Part shown: positions 9,471-17,598 of the stretch, one piece after another
Layout: every line of letters starts with the position of its first letter
Position numbering within the stretch: position 1 is the first letter of the stretch
Origin: Mariniblastus sp.
GTDB taxonomy: Bacteria; Planctomycetota; Planctomycetia; Pirellulales; Pirellulaceae
Direction of reading: 5' to 3'
DNA length: 64,000 nucleotides
NCBI GenBank assembly: GCA_031409295.1
Contig: JANNWZ010000154.1
Location: 19-64,018, forward strand
Made by a program: the position numbers and the translations under genes
The notes under the pieces: model-generated
What the model saw: the letters and a program-made list of their open reading frames with translations, nothing else
Database searches by the model: none
What the model was told of the DNA's origin: nothing

Positions 9471-11704
9471 TGATTTCGCCAGACAATCCACCGCCGTCAA
9501 CCGACCCACGTGAGCAATGGCTCGATGCGCGACTGACGTTAAGGTCCGAATTGAAGTTTGACGTGCGGACGATTGGCACTGAAACGGTCGTTGTCGTTGA
9601 AGATCCGGTGCGCAGCAAATTTTTTCAAATCGGGACATCGGAGTACCGACTATTGGCTGCGCTGGATGGTCAAAAAACCGTGCGCGAAATTCTGGAACAA
9701 GTCGTTCCAATTTCCGGTGTTACCAATCCAACAACGATTTCACCTGCAATCGACAATAGGGTAACGCCGATGGACGAAAGCCAGGCGATCCGGGTCAGCC
9801 AATGGTTAGTGCAGAATAACCTGGCGTACAACCCCACCGTTGATAACAGTAAACGGATGGACGAACAATCGCGACAGTCTCAACGGGCAAAACTTTTTGG
9901 CTGGCTCAATCCGATTTCCTGTAAGATCAAACTCTGCAATCCGAATCGAATACTAGGGCGTTTACAGCCGTTTACGCAATGGTTTTTCTCACCGTGGGCA
10001 TTGTTAGTCTGGTTCGTGGTGGGTGGCTATGCCATGAACATTTTGTATTCCGATTGGGACAAAATGGGCTCGGCGTCGGTCGGAATTTTCTCGGGCTATA
10101 GCTGGATCTGGTTGCTGCTGAGTTGGATCGGGTTAAAAATAATTCATGAAACCTCCCACGCTGTGGCCTGCCGACGATACGGTGGTGAGGTTCCCGAAGC
10201 GGGCGTGCTGTTGTTGCTGTTTACTCCGATGGCTTACGTCAATGTCACGTCGATGTGGCGATTTGCCAACCGTTGGCAGCGCATCGTCGTGTCGGTGGCG
10301 GGGATGTATGCGGAACTGTTTGTTTCGTTCCTGGCGTTGATACTCTGGCGACATGATCCCGGTGTAATCGGAGACGTGGCGTTCAAGGTCTTCATGATGG
10401 CCAGTGTTACGACGATTTTGTTCAACGCCAATCCACTGATGCGTTTTGACGGGTACTTCATCCTCTCGGACTTGCTGAATATTCCTAATTTGTACACCAA
10501 AGGAACGCGTTGGTTTGGGGATCGATTCAAGCACTATTTTTTTGGCACTCCGAAGACTCCCAATATTTATCTGGTTGCCGAACGGCGTTTCGTGCAGGTC
10601 TATGGCGTACTGGCTTGGTTTTGGAAAACGACGATCAGTCTGAGTTTGATCATCGGAGCTGGAGTGTTGTTTCATGGCGCCGGCATAATTCTGGCGGCAC
10701 TGGGCGTGATTTTGTGGTACGGGATGCCGGCGTGGCAACAAATTCGCTGGTTTCGAGCGGCCCGTGTCAATCGAACTATTAACCAACAGCGTCTGGCAAC
10801 CAGTTGTCTTGCGAGCGGATTACTGCTGATCGGAATGTTCACCGTCTTGCCTGCGCCAGGCACAAAATCGGCCCCCGCCATCGTTCGATATTCGGACGAG
10901 CAGGTCTTGCGCGCGGCCGCCGATGGATTCATTCGCCAGATTTTGGTGCGCAATGGCCAGGCGGTAACGCGTGGCGAAACCCTGATCGTGTTGGAGAATC
11001 CGCAATTGGTTTTGGACGTCGAGGAATTGGAGCGACTGGCCGCAGAAGCAACCATTGAAGCGCGAATAAAAACCCGGGCCGGTGAATTGGTCCTCGCACA
11101 AGTCGCAGCGGAAAGGAACGCCAGCCTGTTAACCCAGTTGGCCGAAAAGCGGCAATTGGTTGCCCAGCAAACGGTCACAGCGCCATTCGATGGATTTGTG
11201 TTTCAACGAAAACTCGAAAACCGAATCGACAGTTTCGCCCGGGCCGGAGAAGCACTGCTGTCGATTGCCCACGCCGAAACCAAGGAGGTAGTGGTCTCGG
11301 TCGATCAACGCGATCTGGAATCGATTCAGGGTAAAGAAGGGATTTACCTGAGAGTCGCATTTCCGGGACAACCGCTATTGAGGTCGAAGTTGACTCGCGT
11401 GAATCCTCGCGTTTCCAACCGTCTGCAACACGATTCATGGGGTGCAAGCCTGGGTGGCCCCTTGCCAGTCCAGCCGGTGGCAGACGAGTCTCAGCGACAG
11501 GAAGTACAATTTGAATTATTAGATCCTCGGTTTACCATGGATCTGGAACTGGAACCGGCGATGAGCGAATCGCTATTTGCCGGTCAACGTGGTCGAGCTT
11601 TTTTTGTGACGAATCGACAATCGCTAGGCAGTTACCTTTATTTGGCAACAGCCGACTGGCTAAAACAGAAGATCGAACTGGCGATTCAAACAGCGACATT
11701 TTGA
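9470..11704 (+). CDS. PqqD/RRE-like N-domain + site-2 protease (M50) membrane domain + HlyD-type MFP fusion
   Basis: TAATG overlap with the upstream stop at 9468-9472. HETSH (HExxH, 10145-10159) and NANPLMRFDG (10424-10453) are present, with multiple TM segments. The C-terminal MFP has LRAAADGFIRQILVRNGQAVTRGETL and VTAPFDGFV. Confidence 0.85.
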   Translation: MISPDNPPPSTDPREQWLDARLTLRSELKFDVRTIGTETVVVVEDPVRSKFFQIGTSEYRLLAALDGQKTVREILEQVVPISGVTNPTTISPAIDNRVTPMDESQAIRVSQWLVQNNLAYNPTVDNSKRMDEQSRQSQRAKLFGWLNPISCKIKLCNPNRILGRLQPFTQWFFSPWALLVWFVVGGYAMNILYSDWDKMGSASVGIFSGYSWIWLLLSWIGLKIIHETSHAVACRRYGGEVPEAGVLLLLFTPMAYVNVTSMWRFANRWQRIVVSVAGMYAELFVSFLALILWRHDPGVIGDVAFKVFMMASVTTILFNANPLMRFDGYFILSDLLNIPNLYTKGTRWFGDRFKHYFFGTPKTPNIYLVAERRFVQVYGVLAWFWKTTISLSLIIGAGVLFHGAGIILAALGVILWYGMPAWQQIRWFRAARVNRTINQQRLATSCLASGLLLIGMFTVLPAPGTKSAPAIVRYSDEQVLRAAADGFIRQILVRNGQAVTRGETLIVLENPQLVLDVEELERLAAEATIEARIKTRAGELVLAQVAAERNASLLTQLAEKRQLVAQQTVTAPFDGFVFQRKLENRIDSFARAGEALLSIAHAETKEVVVSVDQRDLESIQGKEGIYLRVAFPGQPLLRSKLTRVNPRVSNRLQHDSWGASLGGPLPVQPVADESQRQEVQFELLDPRFTMDLELEPAMSESLFAGQRGRAFFVTNRQSLGSYLYLATADWLKQKIELAIQTATF

Positions 11705-11759
11705 ACCCACCCGGGCCTTGGGCGATTAATTAAATCAGGAAATTATTAGAAGTACCGAC

Positions 11760-12584
11760 ATGACAAGCACTCCCTCCCAGCCTGACCATCAATCCCTGAT
11801 CAAAAAAATTGAAGCGCTGCGTCCTTGGCATCACGATATTCAGATTACTTCAGACCTTGGTACTGGCGAAGTATTTTCCCCCACCCGGGCGTTATTACCG
11901 AAGGACAATGAAGGTGTCAGCTTGATCTCGCCACGCGATCGTTTTTTGCAAACGATCGATGGGTTGTATCCCAATACCATGCAGGGAAAACGCTTTCTCG
12001 ATTGCGCCTGTAATGCGGGCGGCTATTGTTTTTGGACGCGGGAACGAGATGCGGAGTTGTCGGTTGGTTTCGATGTTCGCGAACACTGGATCAACCAAGC
12101 CCGGTTTGTTCAACAACATCGTCAGGTGGCGCCGGTGGATCGAGTCGAATTCCACGTACTGGATTTGTATGACCTGCCGAAAAAAGATATCGGCCGGTTT
12201 GACATGACTTACTTCAGCGGCATTTTTTATCACTTGCCAGATCCGATTACCGGGTTGAAACTGGCGGCGGATATCACGGACGATATTTTTGTTTTGAATA
12301 CTGCCGTCAAGATTGATGAAAACAATCCGACCGGCCTAACGATGTCCCATGAAAGTCGGACCTTGGTGATGTCGGGAGTACATGAGTTGGCGTGGTTCCC
12401 CAATGGCCCGGAATGCATGTACGAGTTGTTGCGTTGGTTGGGATTCGTGGAATTCAAGATTACCCTCAACATCTCCAAGCGCGATATGTTGCGTCAGCGT
12501 GTCGAGATGATCGCCTCGCGGGAAAAAGGTCGTTTGACTGGCATCAAAGGCGATCCATTCCCACCGCCACGAGCTCGCCCGTAG
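11760..12584 (+). CDS. Class I SAM-dependent methyltransferase (CmoB/DUF1698-like)
   Basis: PWHHDI N-motif, GKRFLDCACNAGGY motif I, GFDVRE, GRFDMTYFSGIFYHLPDP. Confidence 0.8.
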   Translation: MTSTPSQPDHQSLIKKIEALRPWHHDIQITSDLGTGEVFSPTRALLPKDNEGVSLISPRDRFLQTIDGLYPNTMQGKRFLDCACNAGGYCFWTRERDAELSVGFDVREHWINQARFVQQHRQVAPVDRVEFHVLDLYDLPKKDIGRFDMTYFSGIFYHLPDPITGLKLAADITDDIFVLNTAVKIDENNPTGLTMSHESRTLVMSGVHELAWFPNGPECMYELLRWLGFVEFKITLNISKRDMLRQRVEMIASREKGRLTGIKGDPFPPPRARP

Positions 12585-12696
12585 GCTGGGCTAAAGCCGA
12601 TATCCAATGAACAAAGATCGTCCAAGCGTGAACCTGAGGTAAACGCGAGGTCCGGTCGACGAACCCAGTTCGTCAACAGTTGACCCGGCGAACAGC

Positions 12697-15156
12697 TTAC
12701 ACAGCACTCAAGTTGGTGAATGCCAATTTGAATCGCTTCTTTCCCAGCTTCGGGAAATCGATGGTGGCCATTCGCTTCTGTCCCTCGCCGGTAAGACTGA
12801 CGATCTTTCCTTCGCCGTACTCCGCATGTACGACCGCCATGCCGATTTCAAAGCTGTTGGGATGCAATCGGATATAGGCACTCGCCTGTTGCTCGACCGC
12901 CAGTTGAGCGGCGGTCATCAATCGTGGAAAACCGCCCAGTCTCGATTCGGCAATCACGTCGGTTTGTTTACGAGACACGGGCCGGGAAACCCGATAGTCG
13001 CTGACTTCTTCGGCGACCGAATCATCCTCCAACTGATCCAAGGTCAATTCGTCGTTTTCCGAAAAATCATCAACGCCGGGCACGCGATGGGCAAAACCAA
13101 CGGTCCTCTCGGCAGAAGGCAGGGCATGAATGTCGATCGACGGTAATCCATCGTTCATATAGGGATCAAGCCCTTGCATCGCATCACCGTAATCATCGTC
13201 ATGATAGCCACCGTAATTGGCCGGCTCAAACACATCCATCAGATGTCGGGGAAGTTCCATCAGAAACCGGCTGGCGATTGCCGGCCAATGGCTGCCGCGG
13301 CGGAACCGATTCAGGCAGCGGCTGATTTGCAACTCGGATTCGGCACGCGTGATCCCGACGAACAAGAGGCGACGCTCTTCTTCGATTTGTTCATCGTCGA
13401 CGGCACTTCGTTCATGCGGCAAGATCCCTTCTTCCAAACCGACGATAAACACACACGGGAATTCCAACCCCTTGGCGGCATGCAACGACATCAATGTGAC
13501 ATACTCGGCGGACGAATCCCAGACATCCGTATCCGATACGAGGGCGGCTTGCTCGAGATACCGCTCAAGTCCACCTTCGTCACCGAAGTCGCGTTCGAAT
13601 TCTTGTGCGGCAACGATCAATTCATCGACGTTGTTCGCTCGTTCAAAGCCCTCTTCACCGCCATCTTCGGTCAGCCAGTCGCGGTAACCGGTTTCTTCCA
13701 AAACGGCTTTGATGATCGTGGGAACTGCTTCGCCGCTGAGCACTGACAACCGCTCAATCATCGCGACGAACTTTTGGATTTTGGCAGTGGGTGCTGCCGA
13801 GATCGTCGAAATTTCATCGCACCGACCGGCGGCCTCCAGCATGGAAATTTCTCGCTCCAGGGCGAATTCGTAAATTCGATTGAGCGTGACTCGGCCGATT
13901 TTTCGCGGAGGCACATTGATGACGCGTTCAAATGCCACGCCATCCGCAGGATTGTTCACCAGATGCAAATAGGCAATGACATCCTTGATTTCCTTGCGTT
14001 GATAAAACTCGTGGCCCCGCACGACTTGATAGGGAATGTTGCGCCGTCGCAACGCGTGCTCCAGTGCGCGGGACAAGTAGTTGGTTCGGTACAAGATCGC
14101 ATAATCGCTAGCGCGATGTTGTTGCTTTTGCAGCGCCAACGAAATCGAATCCGCAATATCGGCCGCTTCGTCCTCGGGTTTATGATACGTCACCAAGCGA
14201 ACCGGGTTGCCTTCCGCATTGTCGGTGATCAGTGACTTTTGCTTGCGGCGGACGTTGTTGGCAATCAATTGATCGGCCACGGCCAACACCGATTTCGTGC
14301 TGCGATAATTCTGCTCCAGACGAACGACCTTGACGTTGGGGAAATCCCGTTCGAACTCCAAAATATTGTTTAGATTCGCTCCCCGCCAGCCGTAAATCGA
14401 TTGGTCTGGATCGCCCGTAACAGCCAGATTCTGCAAGTCATAATTGAGCAGCCGGATCAATTGATACTGCGCCACGTTGGTATCCTGATATTCATCGACC
14501 ATCATATAAGCGTAACGACGATCGAGCGATTCTCGCAGCTCCGGAGATTGGCGCAGGAGATCGACCGCATGCAACAACAGGTCATCAAAATCAACACCGT
14601 TGGACAACCGCAACAGTTTCTGATATTCGGGATAGACTTTTCCAGCGATCGTATCGAGTACATGTCCGGGACGAGGTCGAAATTGTTCGACCGTCACGCC
14701 CGCGTTTTTGATGTTGCTGATTTCGTTGCCCAAACGGTCGGGAGTGTAATGCCGAAGATCGACTTTGACATTGGTGATGGCTTGTTTGACGAGTTTTTTT
14801 GAATCACTGGAATCAAAGATCGAAAAATTTTCGGCTAGTCCCACTAGTCGCGCATGATTTCGCAACAGGCGCGAGCAAAACCGGTGGAAAGTCCCGGTCC
14901 AAGTTTGATTGTCGGGGGCGTACACCGCCAATCGTTTGCGCATTTCTTCCGCAGCTTTATTGGTGAACGTCAGGGCTGCAATATTGTACGACGGGATGTC
15001 GTGCGCGATCATGTTGGCGATGCGATGGGTGATCACGCGAGTCTTGCCGCTGCCCGGGCCAGCCAGGATCAACATCGGACCTTCGATTTGGGAGACCGCG
15101 GCTCGTTGTTGTTCGTTCAGCGAGCTCTCATCGTTGCGGGATGAATCAAAATCCAT
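12697..15156 (-). CDS. pcrA: ATP-dependent DNA helicase UvrD/PcrA
   Basis: LNEQQRAAV, LAGPGSGKT, ALTFTNKAA, VDEYQDTN, GDPDQSIYGWRGA, LEQNYRST, LMSLHAAKGLEF, EEERRLLFVGITRA and a C-terminal Tudor-like domain. Confidence 0.95.
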   Translation of the reverse strand: MDFDSSRNDESSLNEQQRAAVSQIEGPMLILAGPGSGKTRVITHRIANMIAHDIPSYNIAALTFTNKAAEEMRKRLAVYAPDNQTWTGTFHRFCSRLLRNHARLVGLAENFSIFDSSDSKKLVKQAITNVKVDLRHYTPDRLGNEISNIKNAGVTVEQFRPRPGHVLDTIAGKVYPEYQKLLRLSNGVDFDDLLLHAVDLLRQSPELRESLDRRYAYMMVDEYQDTNVAQYQLIRLLNYDLQNLAVTGDPDQSIYGWRGANLNNILEFERDFPNVKVVRLEQNYRSTKSVLAVADQLIANNVRRKQKSLITDNAEGNPVRLVTYHKPEDEAADIADSISLALQKQQHRASDYAILYRTNYLSRALEHALRRRNIPYQVVRGHEFYQRKEIKDVIAYLHLVNNPADGVAFERVINVPPRKIGRVTLNRIYEFALEREISMLEAAGRCDEISTISAAPTAKIQKFVAMIERLSVLSGEAVPTIIKAVLEETGYRDWLTEDGGEEGFERANNVDELIVAAQEFERDFGDEGGLERYLEQAALVSDTDVWDSSAEYVTLMSLHAAKGLEFPCVFIVGLEEGILPHERSAVDDEQIEEERRLLFVGITRAESELQISRCLNRFRRGSHWPAIASRFLMELPRHLMDVFEPANYGGYHDDDYGDAMQGLDPYMNDGLPSIDIHALPSAERTVGFAHRVPGVDDFSENDELTLDQLEDDSVAEEVSDYRVSRPVSRKQTDVIAESRLGGFPRLMTAAQLAVEQQASAYIRLHPNSFEIGMAVVHAEYGEGKIVSLTGEGQKRMATIDFPKLGKKRFKLAFTNLSAV

Positions 15157-15376
15157 TTCTTAAGTCCTGAGGGTTAAACCAGCAAAGAAGCCGTCCCTGA
15201 TCAAAAACTAAAAGGGGCGTTAAATGCTAGCAGGTCTTGGGACTGCCTTCTCGACGATTCCCACGTTCATGATATATTGTTTTTTTCCGCAGACAAGGAT
15301 TGATTGGTTCACAGCGAACTCATTGATCCGGCAAATGTCACTATATAAAATCACTCTTTTTTGGGAGGGACCCCTG

Positions 15377-15652
15377 ATGGCCAAGACGCGCATTCCGTTA
15401 AGTGCTGCTGAAGAAGAAACTCGCAATCTCCGCGAGAAACTGGACTTGAGCACAGCCGAGATTGGGTTGACCGTTCGGACAACCAATTGCCTGGAAGAAA
15501 AAGGAATCTTTACCGTCCGCGATCTGCTCAATACCACGCGGGCCGATTTGTTAAGCATTTCCAACTTTGGTGAAAAGACCTTGGAAGAGGTTTATAAATC
15601 GTTGGAAGTGATTGGATTCTGCCGACCCGGTTACGAAGTAAAACCGCGCTAA
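15377..15652 (+). CDS. Stand-alone RNA polymerase alpha C-terminal domain protein (91 aa)
   Basis: IGLTVRTTNCLEEKGIFTVRDLL...DLLSISNFGEKTLEEV matches the alpha-CTD helix-hairpin-helix signature (LxVRsxNCL...NFGxKSLxE). There is no alpha-NTD. GGAGG lies upstream of ATG 15377. Confidence 0.85.
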   Translation: MAKTRIPLSAAEEETRNLREKLDLSTAEIGLTVRTTNCLEEKGIFTVRDLLNTTRADLLSISNFGEKTLEEVYKSLEVIGFCRPGYEVKPR

Positions 15653-15686
15653 AGATTCCTGTTGCCGATTCGAAAACGACAATGTT

Positions 15687-15721
15687 CCGTGGCCTATGTT
15701 CCTGGCATGCCACGGTTTTTT
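15687..15721 (+). terminator. Candidate intrinsic terminator after the alpha-CTD gene (second copy 289 bp downstream)
   Basis: Stem CCGTGGC/GCCACGG followed by T6. The loop is long (15 nt), so the call is weak. Confidence 0.4.
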
Positions 15722-15774
15722 GAAGTGGAGTGGCTCGACACGGCGTTGGATGTTTTGTTGCGCCATTTAAAACC

Positions 15775-15872
15775 TGACCACGAATTTCACGAATCACACG
15801 AATTCATTGAGAATTTTTTTTCGTAAATTTCCCAATCGTCTTCATTCGTGTGATTCGTTCGATTCGTGGTCA
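15775..15872. repeat. Iterated palindromic element (second copy 16064-16161)
   Basis: Arms TGACCACGAA/TTCGTGGTCA and GAATCACACGAAT/ATTCGTGTGATTC, with internal (C)ACGAA iterations. Confidence 0.8.
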
Positions 15873-16254
15873 ACAGGTCTCCACGATACGGTGTAAGTGA
15901 TTGGATTTTGCCGCCCCGGTTACGAAGTAAAACCGCGCTAACGATTACTGTTGCCGATTCGAAAACGACAATGTTCCGTGGCCTATGTTCCTGGCGGGCC
16001 ACGGTTTTTTGAAGTGCAGTGGCTCGACACGGCGTTGGATGTTTTGTTGCGCTATTTAAAACCTGACCACGAATTTCACGAATCACACGAATTCATTGAG
16101 AATTTTTTTTCGTAAATTTCTCAATCGTCTTCATTCGTGTGATTCGTTCGATTCGTGGTCAACGGGTCTCCACGATACAGTGTAACAACGGAAAGCCGCG
16201 ACTAGGTCGAGGAACGCCAGTTGGTTAAACCCGACAATATCGGTTAACGACGCA

Positions 16255-17598
16255 CTAATTCCATTCGAATGCGATCAGTTCATTCAAGTTGCGCACAAAC
16301 AACTGATTGCCACGAATCGCCAGATGTGCCCAACTGTCGTCGCCGACTTTGATTGAGCTTAGCAATTCAAACGATTCCGGATTGGCGCGAAACAATAATA
16401 ATTCGCCCGATTCGTCGAGAGCAAGAATCTGATCTCCATTGCCGATTATGCTGGCGTATTTTCCCATTGGCTTGCTGCGCCATTTTTCCACGCCGCTGGC
16501 CAGGTCGTAGCAAGCCAGACGTTGATTTTTCAGATGCATGTACGCATGCCCGGCAATCACAACCGGCGAATTCATGTAACCTTGAGCGGGCAAATTCCAT
16601 TTTTGCGTGAGAGAAAACTGGTCGTTTGTTTTGCCAACATTGATTAACTGCGTGGTACCACCGTAGGAACTGGCGAAAATATTGTCGCCGTAGATTGTCG
16701 GGGTCAGGATGTTCATGCCACGAAAGGTTGGAATTTCTTGCGACCACAATGTCTTGCCGGTCGCCAAATCGACGCCGCAGAGATTGGTTCTGGTTTGTAC
16801 GATTGCTTGACGTTGTCCGGCAACGGTCTCGATAACCGGCGACGAGAACGCACTTCCATTCATGCCACCCCCATCTTCCAACCCGCGCCAGAGAACCTCA
16901 CCCGTCAATTTATTCAGTTTACAAAATGCGCCGCCCGCTTGAATGTAGAGATGTTCGCCATCGATCAGGGGAGAGCAAACGAAACCGAAGGTCGGGACTT
17001 CGGACTTAAATTGAGCTGGAAAGTCAACCTTCCAATTTTCTTCGCCAGTCGTCGCATTCAGACAGACCAAGACGTCTTTGATTCCAGCGACATACAAACG
17101 GCCGTCGTCAAAAGCTGGAGTCGCGCGGATCCAACTGCCATTGCTATTGGCGAAAAAAGGAACGGTCATCGAACCTTCCCATTGAGTCGACCAAAGTTCC
17201 TTGCCGGTTTGACGATCAAACGCTTTGACGACTTCGAATTTTTTATCTTTTGTCTCGGTTGTGAAAACTTGGTTGCCAACGACAATCGGTCCAGAATAAC
17301 TGGGGCCAAGTTTGACGGCCCAGATTTGCTTCAAATGTTCACTCGAGACCGAATTGGGCCAGGCCGCTGCGGATATCAAACCAGTTCGTTTTGGCCCGCG
17401 CCATTGATTCCATTCCGCGGTCACTGACTTCGAGTCGGTTTGATCGGTTTGTCCCGCTGGTTTTGGCGCTGCCGTCGGGGCAGGAGTTTGTAACGACATT
17501 CCGATCGACGGATGGATTGACGTCAAACTGGCAAATACGACGGAACAAAATAGACTTCTAAAGGTCATCGACAAATCCAAGTTCATAATAAATTCCAT
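16255..17598 (-). CDS. PQQ-binding-like (BamB-type) beta-propeller protein, exported
   Basis: Signal-like N-terminus, WNQWRGPKRTG, GPSYSGPIV and repeated blades ending in G(K/E)xLW (TGKELWS, TGEENWK, TGEVLWR, TGKTLWS, SGVEKWR). Confidence 0.85.
   Translation of the reverse strand: MEFIMNLDLSMTFRSLFCSVVFASLTSIHPSIGMSLQTPAPTAAPKPAGQTDQTDSKSVTAEWNQWRGPKRTGLISAAAWPNSVSSEHLKQIWAVKLGPSYSGPIVVGNQVFTTETKDKKFEVVKAFDRQTGKELWSTQWEGSMTVPFFANSNGSWIRATPAFDDGRLYVAGIKDVLVCLNATTGEENWKVDFPAQFKSEVPTFGFVCSPLIDGEHLYIQAGGAFCKLNKLTGEVLWRGLEDGGGMNGSAFSSPVIETVAGQRQAIVQTRTNLCGVDLATGKTLWSQEIPTFRGMNILTPTIYGDNIFASSYGGTTQLINVGKTNDQFSLTQKWNLPAQGYMNSPVVIAGHAYMHLKNQRLACYDLASGVEKWRSKPMGKYASIIGNGDQILALDESGELLLFRANPESFELLSSIKVGDDSWAHLAIRGNQLFVRNLNELIAFEWN

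Larger units (their letters stand above)
15606..16185. repeat. Tandem direct duplication, 289-bp period, two copies (15606-15894 and 15895-16185)
   Basis: Direct alignment by eye gives about 11 substitutions and no indels (~96% identity). Confidence 0.95.

Noticed and set aside
15528-16086. Near-identical minus-strand ORFs MIREIRGQVLN...
   Set aside because: They are by-products of the 289-bp duplication and its palindrome, not a gene family.
15606-16185. Possible CRISPR array
   Set aside because: Two long continuous copies with no short repeat/unique spacer pattern and no cas genes.
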